DNA of 64,000 bases from a virus (lineage: Duplodnaviria; Caudoviricetes). Within the stretch, counting starts at the first letter, position 1; each line of letters opens with the position of its first letter. Shown here piece after piece: positions 40,511 through 49,963 of this stretch. Location: positions 64,001 to 128,000 of the IMG/VR virus record IMGVR_UViG_3300020576_004053; one strand, 5' to 3'. A model generated the notes under the pieces. It made no database searches and was not told the DNA's origin. It saw only the letters and a program-made list of their open reading frames with translations. The position numbers were made by a program, and so were the translations under genes.

Positions 40511-41614
40511 TTACTCAGCCCATGCGTGGAAGTGATGCCGAGGTGTGAAATATCGTATCCATACATCTGCACTCTTCTCTACATACTTATGCAACGCTTT
40601 TTTATTCACATTTAACCATGGTAGATATTTCTTCCACGCCAACGCAAACAACATCTTATTGACGATTTGCTGTGTCTCTGTCATATCAGCTTTAAACCAA
40701 TGCGGCATCCACTTGATTTCATCCGATACTACCACCGGCACATCCATATCTACAAAGTCAGCCGTGACGATATTAAACGTTTCAGAAAAACTGACCTGCA
40801 TCCCAATATCCATCGTGGCGACCAGCTTTTTGAAATCCGTGTGTGACATCCACTCATGTTCAACTAACTGATAATCATCGCCTAGATCACGAAAATACGC
40901 TCGTACATTCTTTAACGGTTTATCCCCACCACCTTCACGACGTGACGCATTAATGTGGAATCGTAACTTCTTATCCAATGATTGCGCCAATTGTACGGCA
41001 GCGAACGCTTGGATCAAATGATTTTTCATCGGGCGTACGGCACCAAAACATCCGACATCGATGGTATCCTTGCCATCCAACCGAAATGGGGTTTTATGTA
41101 ACGTGATAGGATAATAATTCGGTAAATAGATGATAGACTTTTCGATGTCACGTTTATTTCTCTCAGGAAACCGAATTGCCAACCACTTACGAAAATCATC
41201 TACGACTTGTGTAGAATTAGATGCCACGATCACATTCGGATATTCAATGTATCGCTGCGTCCAATCCATCGCAATACCTTCGTTTGCAAGAAATGGAATT
41301 TCACTATGACCCCGCACAATCCATTTCACATTCGGATGGCGCGCAGTTAATACTTCAAACTTCTCTGGTACAACCCAATATGCTTCAATGATCACATGCG
41401 TCGGACGATATGCGGTAACTTCTCTATCGATGTCATTATTGTCGCGTACTTCAACGAGCTTTGCATCTAAGTTGGAGCGAATCAACATATTACATACAAA
41501 CATAGCAGAATTCAATAACCCAGATGACATCTGATACGCATATGGTAGATCATTTGCCGGATCACCATATGGGATGAATCTTTTTTTCAAAATAAATAAG
41601 ATTTTAGGGCGCAT
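40511..41614 (-). CDS. Glycosyltransferase (GT-B/GT4-like)
   Basis: FGAVRPMKNHL.Q..A; SFSETFNIVTAD...VPVVVS. Confidence 0.75.
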   Translation of the reverse strand: MRPKILFILKKRFIPYGDPANDLPYAYQMSSGLLNSAMFVCNMLIRSNLDAKLVEVRDNNDIDREVTAYRPTHVIIEAYWVVPEKFEVLTARHPNVKWIVRGHSEIPFLANEGIAMDWTQRYIEYPNVIVASNSTQVVDDFRKWLAIRFPERNKRDIEKSIIYLPNYYPITLHKTPFRLDGKDTIDVGCFGAVRPMKNHLIQAFAAVQLAQSLDKKLRFHINASRREGGGDKPLKNVRAYFRDLGDDYQLVEHEWMSHTDFKKLVATMDIGMQVSFSETFNIVTADFVDMDVPVVVSDEIKWMPHWFKADMTETQQIVNKMLFALAWKKYLPWLNVNKKALHKYVEKSADVWIRYFTPRHHFHAWAE

Positions 41615-41688
41615 GAATTCAAACTCAATATTGGGTGGATGTACAACTATAAGTATCGTATCACCCTATATTTAATTTGTACTCTATG

Positions 41689-42000
41689 TCACCGTTTCAT
41701 CGCTCGCATCTTACTATAATTTCGATAATAGCACGTCTTACACATATTACGTGAAAAATATGGGTTGCCACATGCACAGGGTGGATATTTCTTTTCACGT
41801 TCCGCCAATCGACACGGCATACATTTTCCAGCTTTGAAAATTTCCGTACCACACCCACAATAATGCGGTTGTAATTCGTCGGTCACATCAGTATCTGGAA
41901 AATTCTGCGTCCGTTCCCAGATTAAATATTCTGTGCGGGCTTCTGCCATTAATATTGCATATTCGGCAGTACGTTTGATAACGTGTGTGTCGGTTGCCAT
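41689..42000 (-). CDS. Cys-rich hypothetical protein
   Basis: CGCG, CMPC, CACG, CKTC. Confidence 0.5.
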   Translation of the reverse strand: MATDTHVIKRTAEYAILMAEARTEYLIWERTQNFPDTDVTDELQPHYCGCGTEIFKAGKCMPCRLAEREKKYPPCACGNPYFSRNMCKTCYYRNYSKMRAMKR

Positions 42001-42114
42001 ATGTCACAAAGAAAAAGGTGAGCGAGATCTGAATGTAAGATCGCTCACCGTTCCCGTTTTGTCAACATTACTATTAAGTTATACACATTTCTAAATCATG
42101 GCGACCAATTGTAA

Positions 42115-42187
42115 AGAACGGGACAGGAATCGAACCTGCAAAAGCGAGGGTTGCAATCTCGTGCCTTGACCATTCAGCCACCCGTTC
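42115..42187 (-). tRNA. tRNA-Cys(GCA)
   Basis: GAACGGG/CCCGTTC acceptor, U73, loop TTGCAAC. Confidence 0.9.
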
Positions 42188-42659
42188 GTTGATTCTTACT
42201 CTTAAGTAACGTCCATCCCCAAGTTTCGGTTTGTTGATGGCAGTTAGGACATATCCATCTCAAATTCTCTAGCCGGTTATCATCACATATCCCATTTATA
42301 TGATCTATGTGTAGCTTAAGAGATTGTCCCAACCAACTATCTACCAAACAAATATCACATCTATACACCGGATTAATTAGTATGTATCTTTTTCTAAGTT
42401 TTGTTCCGGTTAATCTGCTTTTAACGCAAAATATATCGTCATCAGAGTTACGTCGCAGTTCTACTCTACATAGACCTTTGGCCCATTTCTGACCAAGAAA
42501 ATGGGCCGTATCTATACCATAATCCTGTAACTTTTTACGTACCCATCGATGCGAACTTCCACCAGATCGTATCGCTCCTAATTTTTTACATACCTCGTTT
42601 ATGGATCTAGACTCTGCCGCTAACTGAGCTAGTAATTCTTTAGAATACTTCGATTTCAT
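42174..42659 (-). CDS. HNH homing endonuclease
   Basis: CDIC...LHIDHING...NRLENLRWICPNCH.QT. Confidence 0.9.
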   Translation of the reverse strand: MKSKYSKELLAQLAAESRSINEVCKKLGAIRSGGSSHRWVRKKLQDYGIDTAHFLGQKWAKGLCRVELRRNSDDDIFCVKSRLTGTKLRKRYILINPVYRCDICLVDSWLGQSLKLHIDHINGICDDNRLENLRWICPNCHQQTETWGWTLLKSKNQRTGG

Positions 42660-42662
42660 ACG

Positions 42663-43031
42663 TTATGCGAACGCTGCGGACCCTGCTGCTACGACGCCAA
42701 TCTGCCCAACTACGGTAATCGATGTCCGTGCTGCCTGAACCACTGACGAGCTAAACTGCAGAGCATCATATGGTGCATGAGTAATATATGCACTATTGCC
42801 CGCAGTGACCGTTACCACATTTCCTGCAGGACTCTTTACCGTTGCCCAGTTCGCTGACGATGATACCGCATCAACTGCAATGCCACGCAGTGTTGCGGTA
42901 CCAGTCAAATTACCAGACGGTATAAACGACAGTGCTGCATACTTGGCATATACCGATTGACTTAAACTCTGTGTCGCGACGTTCTGACCCGCTAGGATAG
43001 TCAACGTTCCGATAACTTCAACAAATGCCAT
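42663..43031 (-). CDS. Small beta-rich hypothetical protein
   Basis: 122 aa, GAGG RBS. Confidence 0.55.
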   Translation of the reverse strand: MAFVEVIGTLTILAGQNVATQSLSQSVYAKYAALSFIPSGNLTGTATLRGIAVDAVSSSANWATVKSPAGNVVTVTAGNSAYITHAPYDALQFSSSVVQAARTSITVVGQIGVVAAGSAAFA

Positions 43032-43058
43032 AGTATATCCTCAGGTAAAAACTACGTA

Positions 43059-43133
43059 TGGCGGGGGTGGGAATTGAACCCACAAATTCACAGCTTATGA
43101 GACTGGCTAGCTATCCGTCGCTACCCTCCCGCT
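43059..43133 (-). tRNA. tRNA-Met(CAT), initiator-like
   Basis: A1.C72 mismatch, loop CTCATAA, canonical T arm. Confidence 0.7.
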
Positions 43134-43149
43134 CCATGCATATAACTAT

Positions 43150-43773
43150 CTAGATCTTTGAAAACTGATCGTTTGCCATCCGCTGCATCACACCAGACAT
43201 GGATCGGAAAATCCAAATAAAGATCTTTCGCACCGGATTATTCAACAGCGTCCACGTGATCGACACCGGCCAGAACGTCATCCATCGCAACACCAGATCC
43301 ATGTTACCATTTACACGTGGCGGAGTAAATGTGATCACATAGTCAGGGTTACCATCTTCCACAGCTACTTCTACCGATCTCCATACCTTCGATAGAATGT
43401 TACTACGAAACTGAAGTTTATCCATCGATTTAACAGCGATGCTATAACTCGTCTTGTAGTTTTCCAGTCGAGTGCGAATATACTCCGTCAGATCACCAAG
43501 GTATAAACGCCACTTGGTCACTCCCCACACCGCCCCGATCACGAAATACGCCGCCACTGCAACCAGAAGCGTGACCACATTGGATCGGACCCATGCCAAG
43601 ATCGATGCGACATCCGGTTCGATGACGAAATACCACGCTGCCAACGTTACGAGAAATACGGCAGTCGCTTTATATCCCCCGTTTTTCGTAGTATAGTCAT
43701 ATTCGTCTAGGGTATAATCAACCAGAAACCCCATGACCAACAACGGGATGATGAACACCAAGTAGAGAAACAT
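43150..43773 (-). CDS. Membrane protein
   Basis: Several TM segments; W..FWP.S..W.L motif. Confidence 0.65.
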   Translation of the reverse strand: MFLYLVFIIPLLVMGFLVDYTLDEYDYTTKNGGYKATAVFLVTLAAWYFVIEPDVASILAWVRSNVVTLLVAVAAYFVIGAVWGVTKWRLYLGDLTEYIRTRLENYKTSYSIAVKSMDKLQFRSNILSKVWRSVEVAVEDGNPDYVITFTPPRVNGNMDLVLRWMTFWPVSITWTLLNNPVRKIFIWIFRSMSGVMQRMANDQFSKI

Positions 43774-43774
43774 A

Positions 43775-43848
43775 TGCTCTTGATAGGAGTCGAACCTACG
43801 AATGCTACATTACGAGTGTAGTGCTGTTGCCATCTGAGCCACAAGAGC
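43775..43848 (-). tRNA. tRNA-Thr(CGT)
   Basis: CTACA-CTCGTAA-TGTAG. Confidence 0.9.
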
Positions 43849-43906
43849 GATGTTGACGTTCATCCACATAATAGTCGTGTGGATGAACGTCAACATCCAC
43901 ATGACT

Positions 43907-44389
43907 TCACGCAGTCGTCAGTTTACGCGTACGGGCGAATGCATACGGATGACCGGATGCCGATGCCCAACTTGCCTTCGCCTGACCCCGCGTGACGTTC
44001 GAATACTGCAACGTCGGACCAATACCACCAGCCCCACGCACTTCGTAATCTGCGCAGACGTTGTCGTGATCGATGATCATTTTAATCATCGTATCCACCA
44101 GATTATCATCCAGTGTCGCCACGTCATCAGTCACATCATCGTCGTCTGTATCGACAGCCTGAATCGGAGCGAGTAGTGAATATGACCGGTAGGTGCCATT
44201 ATCGTTCGTCGTGATATCCGCGTCCTCTGTCACCACTTCCTGCATGAAATCGCGGACCTGACTCTGCTTGGCCCAGAATCCTTTCGACCGCAGTACATTC
44301 TTGATGTCCAGATTGGTCGTGGTTCCGTTGAGCGTCATCAGTGCACGAGCAATCTCACGCACTTCCCGTTTCGTAGCGATCTGTTGCAT
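43907..44389 (-). CDS. Hypothetical protein coupled to PARP (possible winged-helix N-terminus)
   Basis: TGA/ATG overlap with the PARP stop. Confidence 0.6.
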   Translation of the reverse strand: MQQIATKREVREIARALMTLNGTTTNLDIKNVLRSKGFWAKQSQVRDFMQEVVTEDADITTNDNGTYRSYSLLAPIQAVDTDDDDVTDDVATLDDNLVDTMIKMIIDHDNVCADYEVRGAGGIGPTLQYSNVTRGQAKASWASASGHPYAFARTRKLTTA

Positions 44390-45621
44390 CAGGTTCCTAC
44401 CTCGACAAGATATTTGATGGTGGACTGCTTATCTGAATATACGATGTATTCGTTGTTAATCAAGTCCGCACCACCCTTGGCGAAGACCGAATCGTAGTTG
44501 CCTTTCTTCCGCAAAACCTGTTCCGAGTAGGAATAACACTCTGAACTATGATGCAGGATAGAAAACTGCTTCCCGACATGCACATCCATCATGGCAAGAA
44601 ACGCCGTTGACGATCCACCACCGGTCCATCGCGCCCCACGTAGAGACGTATACCCTGCCGACTTCCGATACTTATCCGCGAAGTAGATCCCGTGTCCAAA
44701 CATCGATCCAGACAACACCGCATTGGACGGACGGATCTTGAGTCCAGATTCCAGAATAGAAATCCAGTTTTCGTTTCGTGACCCGTGCCAGAACAGTTCC
44801 GTCTTTGGCACTGCTGCCGTCGCCACATGGCCTTCATACTTATTACGCGTCATCGGATGTGTCACCACATAGACCGATCTCAACTCTCGCGCATCACCGG
44901 CCATATGCTTGCGCACGATATCGATATCTTGCGGAGACGCCAACGTGACGAGAAGACCAAGCGCATCCAAGATCGTTTTGATCGGTGCGTCATCATCTTC
45001 GTCTACATCAGCACCAGCCAGTTTTACCTGACCGGCCATAACGTCCAACGTCTTCTGTTCCCCATCGATAATCGTACGGAATTCTTGCAGCACCGCATCG
45101 CTGACCACGGAATTCTTCAACAAATGATCCTGTACCTTGGCCATCCGACGTGGAATCACCATATACAGTTCGACCAACAACTTATTGATCGGATCTTTGT
45201 CCGTGCCGAGTGCAGCCAACGCGGTAAGCTGATCGACAAACCCCTGCGCCTCGTTGACCTGTGCAGCGGTAACGGCATCAGAGGAAATCGTATAGTTTTC
45301 CGTTACTGACCGTCGCGCATAGGTCAACAGCGTATTGAACAGTTTGTCGACCGCTGGCTCTGGGATAGGCTGATATCCGGACTTTTTGGTCGTCGCCTTC
45401 ACCAGATGAGTGACATCTTTATACCCCTTCTTAACTTTTTCCCGATAAATGCTGTCCCACTTTGACATCGGATATGATTTCGTAGCCAAAGGACCACCCA
45501 CTCGTCCCCATTCTGCTAGAAACTCCCCGTTACCGGAAGGCGTCATTGAATACACCTTATTATTGTTTTCCGTCGTCACCATAATGAGACGGACCGGCGA
45601 AGTTACGGTAGAAGTAGACAT
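44389..45621 (-). CDS. WGR-PARP regulatory-PARP catalytic domain ADP-ribosyltransferase
   Basis: NNNKVY...EWGRVG (WGR); LYMVIPR (regulatory); WHGS, MFGHGIYFAD, NEYIVY (H-Y-E triad). Confidence 0.9.
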   Translation of the reverse strand: MSTSTVTSPVRLIMVTTENNNKVYSMTPSGNGEFLAEWGRVGGPLATKSYPMSKWDSIYREKVKKGYKDVTHLVKATTKKSGYQPIPEPAVDKLFNTLLTYARRSVTENYTISSDAVTAAQVNEAQGFVDQLTALAALGTDKDPINKLLVELYMVIPRRMAKVQDHLLKNSVVSDAVLQEFRTIIDGEQKTLDVMAGQVKLAGADVDEDDDAPIKTILDALGLLVTLASPQDIDIVRKHMAGDARELRSVYVVTHPMTRNKYEGHVATAAVPKTELFWHGSRNENWISILESGLKIRPSNAVLSGSMFGHGIYFADKYRKSAGYTSLRGARWTGGGSSTAFLAMMDVHVGKQFSILHHSSECYSYSEQVLRKKGNYDSVFAKGGADLINNEYIVYSDKQSTIKYLVEVGT

Positions 45622-45627
45622 AATATG

Positions 45628-45656
45628 AGTTTAATCGTCTGATTCTTTACTGTCAA
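45628..45656 (-). promoter_or_regulatory. sigma70-type promoter; PARP mRNA probably leaderless
   Basis: TTGACA-17nt-TAAACT followed by only 6 nt before the ATG. Confidence 0.7.
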
Positions 45657-45711
45657 CCCCTAGGTACCGGAATGTCGGGGATCTAAATAAACATATACAT
45701 AATATTTCATA

Positions 45712-45784
45712 AGCACGTGGCGAGATTCGAACTCGCAGTCTCCACCTTGGCAAGGTGGCACATTAACCGTTATGTTACACGTGC
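45712..45784 (-). tRNA. tRNA-Gly(GCC)
   Basis: CCACC-TTGCCAA-GGTGG. Confidence 0.9.
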
Positions 45785-45787
45785 GAA

Positions 45788-45922
45788 AACTACGAGCAAA
45801 TTTAAATGCGCACCGAATGTAACCACCATCCTTCTAGATGATTACGTTCACAGAATTGTTACATTCTGTGATTGGGGTCGAACCAATTATATCCGTTAAC
45901 GATACACGTTCGTCTCGTAGCT
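45788..45922 (-). ncRNA. YrlA-type Y RNA (Ro stem + T arm + loop-closed acceptor stem + D-like arm)
   Basis: 5' AGCUACGAG-A-CGAA pairs with 3' UUUG-CUCGUAGUU; ATTGG-TTCGACC-CCAAT T arm; CACAGAAT-gtaaca-ATTCTGTG; lies 450 nt from the Ro60 gene. Confidence 0.75.
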
Positions 45923-45932
45923 AATATAAATA

Positions 45933-46248
45933 TAGGGGATCATGATAAAAAGGTGTCATGCGGATTTTTGTATGCAGTATATTGTGACGTACTGCATCGC
46001 AACGTCTCGCGACGATTTGTATGGTAGTAAGCTTATAATACCGCGAATATTATTTCTTACGAATCCATACCCTGCCCTCTGCAATAATCCGTACTCACGG
46101 TGTTGGTATACACATGCAAATGGGTGGAGTCTAACCACCGACCATCCTGTTTATACGGCAACGTCTTTCGACTTGGTGTTGCATTGCCACCCCTGTTCAT
46201 CGCTAATTAGACTTAGATAACGCATAACGGCGTATCTATGATCCCCTA
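45933..46248 (-). ncRNA. Candidate 316-nt structured RNA
   Basis: Terminal TAGGGGATCAT/ATGATCCCCTA; internal GTC-GAAA-GAC, GTC-GCGA-GAC and TGCAGTA..TACTGCA hairpins; no credible ORF. Confidence 0.5.
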
Positions 46249-46263
46249 AATTGTCAAAAAGCA

Positions 46264-46373
46264 AAAACTGTGTAGGGTGGACGCGGCACAAGATATTGCT
46301 ACCCGTGCGTATTACTGCGAATAATACGCCAACGTACCACAGCTACGCCCCCACATCCACCCTACCCAGTTTT
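46264..46373 (-). ncRNA. Candidate structured RNA/3' element right after the Ro60 stop
   Basis: AAAACTG.GTAGGGTGGA / TCCACCCTAC.CAGTTTT closing stem with two internal hairpins. Confidence 0.45.
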
Positions 46374-48066
46374 AGAAATCTCCACGGATGAAATCGGACA
46401 TAATGGATGGTGCAGCCGAATCGAACCCGACCACATCCATCATTCCAAAGTCGTTAGGATCTGCGATAGTAAAACCGTTAGAAACTAAACCAACAACTAC
46501 CGACTTTGCTGGAATGCCCATTTCCTTCCGATACTTGTTCAACGCCTGTACTGGCTGCATCCGACCCGCATACGTCTCGTTGTCAGTATACACCACAAAC
46601 GCGTCAAGCTCAACCTTGTTCTTCAATGCCCACAGGAACGGCAGTGAGCAATCCGTACCACCGAAATCCAACCCTTCGGTCAAGTTCACCACATCGTCCA
46701 ACCGCTGACGGTGTGAGAACGGCAATTCGGTAATACCATCACCTGACCGTGCTGACGTGAACCCAGACCGCTTACCGCCACGGTTAAACGAATATCCACC
46801 ACTCGTGAAACCTGCGATCACATAATCCTTTTCCGTGCGCATCGTCATCATTGCCATCGCCGCCGACGCCATGCGCGGAGACAACCCGATCACGCCACCC
46901 ACCTCACCACCCGTCATTGAACCGGACACGTCTAGGAACAGGCCGATACGCTTTCCCGTAGGAATCACGTTCTGGAATGCCACATAGAACAGTTCGTCCA
47001 ATGCATCGATGATGGACGGGGTTGGGGTCCACACGTTGTTACCACGCTGACCACGACCGGCACGATACGTCAAGAGCGCCGTCAACACCTGAATTGGGTG
47101 AATACGATCCTTCTTCACCTTCTCCACATCGCCCAACTTCGCGATGACATCCTTCGCACCTGACGACATCGGCCCGATCAAACCAACCCGAGTCATCGTC
47201 GCCAAGTTACGAACCAGTGCCGTCGTGCCCATGTGTGGCAGCAACGATTCCCAAACTGCCTTCGTGTTCAGCAACTCCGTAGGAATCACTTCACGTGGCA
47301 ACTTGTGGGCTTCGATCAACTTCACCGCAGCCGTCACATCCTTTTCCGTCAACTTCTTGATTTCATCCACTGCCGCAATGAAATCTGCCACGTCGGTATC
47401 GATGACCAATTCCTTGGCACCCTTACCCGTCACGTCTGCAAACAGCGCATCGTGCGTATCCGTTGCGGGCTTGACGTGCGCCAACCGCAATACGTCCTTG
47501 TGCGTCCAGCCATCACGGTTGGCATACTTCACCAACTGATGAGCCAACTGCATCGGCGTCTTCTCGTTGTACCAAGCCGCAAAGGCACGACGGATACCAC
47601 GTCCCCACGTCGCCATGCCGTTGATGTAGTCGGCAAGGTGGAGCACATGCGTTCCGATACGAGCGACCTTCGGAAGCGCAATATATGCCGCTCGCTTGGC
47701 CTCGTCCGTACCATGCGCCATCACCATCGCCAACGCAAACAATGCAGGATCGTTCTTCGGCGCACGACCGGCTTCCGACAGTTCAACGATGCGGTTTACC
47801 ACACGCACGCCATCTGCCGCGATTGCACGCATCACTGCCGCTGCGTTTTCCTTGGTCAACTTCTGTTCAGAAGCGTAATACGATCCACCTTCTGAACCAA
47901 GAATCAGGAATCGATCCAGTCGTGAAAAATCCGACACCGAGAAGACCACGCCACCAGCCGAGTTCTTCACCATATCCTTCTCACGACCCTTGATTGCCTG
48001 AGTCTGCGGGGTTACTGCATTGGCACGAACTCGCGTCTGTGCCGTCTTCGAATACGTCTTTGCCAT
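46372..48066 (-). CDS. rsr: Ro60/Rsr RNA-binding protein (TROVE + vWA)
   Basis: NSAGG.VF, RLDRFLILGSEGGSYY, KYANRDGWTHKDVLRLAH, MIDAS DVSGSM, GGTDCSLP, YTDNET, VVGFD; GGAGG RBS before ATG 48066. Confidence 0.95.
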   Translation of the reverse strand: MAKTYSKTAQTRVRANAVTPQTQAIKGREKDMVKNSAGGVVFSVSDFSRLDRFLILGSEGGSYYASEQKLTKENAAAVMRAIAADGVRVVNRIVELSEAGRAPKNDPALFALAMVMAHGTDEAKRAAYIALPKVARIGTHVLHLADYINGMATWGRGIRRAFAAWYNEKTPMQLAHQLVKYANRDGWTHKDVLRLAHVKPATDTHDALFADVTGKGAKELVIDTDVADFIAAVDEIKKLTEKDVTAAVKLIEAHKLPREVIPTELLNTKAVWESLLPHMGTTALVRNLATMTRVGLIGPMSSGAKDVIAKLGDVEKVKKDRIHPIQVLTALLTYRAGRGQRGNNVWTPTPSIIDALDELFYVAFQNVIPTGKRIGLFLDVSGSMTGGEVGGVIGLSPRMASAAMAMMTMRTEKDYVIAGFTSGGYSFNRGGKRSGFTSARSGDGITELPFSHRQRLDDVVNLTEGLDFGGTDCSLPFLWALKNKVELDAFVVYTDNETYAGRMQPVQALNKYRKEMGIPAKSVVVGLVSNGFTIADPNDFGMMDVVGFDSAAPSIMSDFIRGDF

Positions 48067-48120
48067 TGTTACGTACCTCCCAATCAAGGGGGTAAAGGGT
48101 TTGTACTACGTTGATACTGC

Positions 48121-48149
48121 AACCTACACACTATTATGTAATCTGTCAA
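48121..48149 (-). promoter_or_regulatory. sigma70-type promoter of rsr
   Basis: TTGACA-17nt-TAGGTT. Confidence 0.65.
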
Positions 48150-48150
48150 G

Positions 48151-48269
48151 TGGAGATGATGGGAATCGAACCCAAAGCAGTCTTTTGTTCAGAAAGATAA
48201 CGCTCCAAAAGTCGTACCGTTGCCGGTCAAGTTATATTAGAACGGTTTTACCGCGTAACCTACATCCCC
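48151..48269 (-). ncRNA. tRNA-Y hybrid RNA 1 (Ala-like acceptor)
   Basis: GGGGATG/CATCTCC-A (G3.U70), D and T arms; anticodon region replaced by CGTTCTAA..CTTGACCG-GCAA-CGGTACGA..TTGGAGCG-TTATC. Confidence 0.75.
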
Positions 48270-48286
48270 TTGATTTTCCTACGATA

Positions 48287-48751
48287 CTACTCCGCCGATC
48301 CTGCACGATAATTGTTCGGATTGCACCATGTCAAGGTCTGCGTGTGACAATTAGGACAAAGCCATCGCAGATTTTCTTTTCGGTTATCGCGATAATTACC
48401 GTTTATATGATCAAGCTGTAGCTTCAATTCCATCCCGCGATGTTCACCTTTGTTTTCACACCATGCACAACAGTACGGAATCGCACGTTTTGCAAAAATG
48501 CGCAAAGTAGCCTGTGCTACACGCTTCGAATCTGTAAACACATCCTCATCGGATAGCCTCTGCCGTCTTTGCCCACGTGTCAAAAAATGGCTCGTATCTA
48601 TCCCCAATATAGCGATGCGCTCTTTTACTCGCCGGTAATTACTTGTACCATCAGAAAGACCGAGTGCATACAACACGTCTCTGACGGTTTTCTGTCCGTC
48701 GACTGCACTAATCAGTTGTTCGTCTGACCACTTTCTCTTTGAACCTCGCAT
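48287..48751 (-). CDS. HNH homing endonuclease
   Basis: CAWC...LQLDHINGN..DNRKENLRWLCPNCH.QT. Confidence 0.9.
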   Translation of the reverse strand: MRGSKRKWSDEQLISAVDGQKTVRDVLYALGLSDGTSNYRRVKERIAILGIDTSHFLTRGQRRQRLSDEDVFTDSKRVAQATLRIFAKRAIPYCCAWCENKGEHRGMELKLQLDHINGNYRDNRKENLRWLCPNCHTQTLTWCNPNNYRAGSAE

Positions 48752-48832
48752 TTATTCTCTCCTTAAAATAGTGAGAATAAATAGTACGATTCAAATTCAA
48801 ACGACAAGTTAGTTCGAACCTATGCCCGTTTT

Positions 48833-49084
48833 TTACCACGACTTTAAATTCGAAAACTCTTCCACCGTCATATCACCCACTAACACCTCAAACGCGGCAT
48901 AATCAAACTGCTCTCGTAGAAATGCATACAACGATCTACCCGAGTCTTCCGTGAACTCTTCCTTTGTCGCTTCCATCACCAGCTTAAACACTTTTTCTAT
49001 GTTTGTGGTATGGAACCATCCTTGGCGAACTATCCGCTTAAAGATATAACGCAACACCCAGATTTGAAATTTTGATATCATCAT
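48833..49084 (-). CDS. Hypothetical protein
   Basis: 83 aa ORF coupled to the upstream gene. Confidence 0.5.
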   Translation of the reverse strand: MMISKFQIWVLRYIFKRIVRQGWFHTTNIEKVFKLVMEATKEEFTEDSGRSLYAFLREQFDYAAFEVLVGDMTVEEFSNLKSW

Positions 49085-49563
49085 AGTTGGATCGATGCGA
49101 CCGGTGTTGCAGTATCAGGATAAAAGATAGCTTGTTTATAGCCTCGCACAAGCCCCCGTTTTACTCTATACTTTCGAATGAGGAAATCCGCCCGACGAAG
49201 TACATTCAACTCTTGGTCGTCGCTCCACCATGCATATAATTGGGAAAGTGAATCAAACCCAAATACCGTCGTTTGCCATGCCATCGGATGGTTATATACC
49301 CATTCTCTGAGCAATGGATCTGCCGCTATTCCCGGTCGTTTCCACTTAAATCCAGCATGTACCCTTTTGTTATGTTTAGACGGCAACTGATTGAACGGTT
49401 CATGGGTTATTGTAATATCCATGAATTTCCGAGCATCATCTGAATCTATCGTCGATGCAAACGTACAATTCGTTGCCCATGCATACGGACCCACTTTCAC
49501 ACACGTATGCCGTAACTGAATCATACGATGTTCTACCCGATATACACTTCCAGATTCTAACAT
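49081..49563 (-). CDS. Hypothetical protein
   Basis: VYRVEH...GPY...FGFDSLSQL..W; start trimmed to after the RNA gene. Confidence 0.55.
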   Translation of the reverse strand: MLESGSVYRVEHRMIQLRHTCVKVGPYAWATNCTFASTIDSDDARKFMDITITHEPFNQLPSKHNKRVHAGFKWKRPGIAADPLLREWVYNHPMAWQTTVFGFDSLSQLYAWWSDDQELNVLRRADFLIRKYRVKRGLVRGYKQAIFYPDTATPVASIQL

Positions 49564-49565
49564 AG

Positions 49566-49693
49566 TGCCAGCGGAGGGAATTGAACCCCCGACCACCCCT
49601 GTTTGATAGGATAACGAATCTCAGGGCGTACCGTTGCCGGTCAAGGTTGTAGAAATTCGGTTTTTAGGTGCTCTACCACTGAGCTACACTGGC
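49566..49693 (-). ncRNA. tRNA-Y hybrid RNA 2
   Basis: Textbook GCCAGTG-TA-GCTCAGTGGTAGAGC...GGGGGTTCAATTCCCTC-CGCTGGC-A; anticodon arm holds CGAATTTC..CTTGACCG-GCAA-CGGTACG..GAGATTCG-TTATC. Confidence 0.8.
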
Positions 49694-49801
49694 GTTGAAC
49701 TACATATATAGCGACCATCTTTCCCAAACGATCACCCTACTCCCCATCCACATATATTGTCATGTTCGGATGGACGTTCGCATGGGACAAACTTTCCTTC
49801 A

Positions 49802-49960
49802 TCAGCACGCTTCACAGTCGTAGGCTTGCTTCACCTGTTTTGTTTCGACCGGACAATCATCATCGCGATATTTGCACCCATGCCATACGCAACAATGGGT
49901 CACATGGACGCCGATCTCATACGGATAATCGTCCTCTACATCTTTCTGTTCGTCTGACAT
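49802..49960 (-). CDS. Small Cys/His-rich protein (52 aa)
   Basis: H.THCC.WHGCKY....CPV...CEAC; below ORF-track cutoff. Confidence 0.45.
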   Translation of the reverse strand: MSDEQKDVEDDYPYEIGVHVTHCCVWHGCKYRDDDCPVETKQVKQAYDCEAC

Positions 49961-49963
49961 AAG

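Noticed and set aside
48790-48832. GGTTCGAA motif as another Y RNA or T-loop
   Set aside because: No complementary partner strand or stem could be found by eye.
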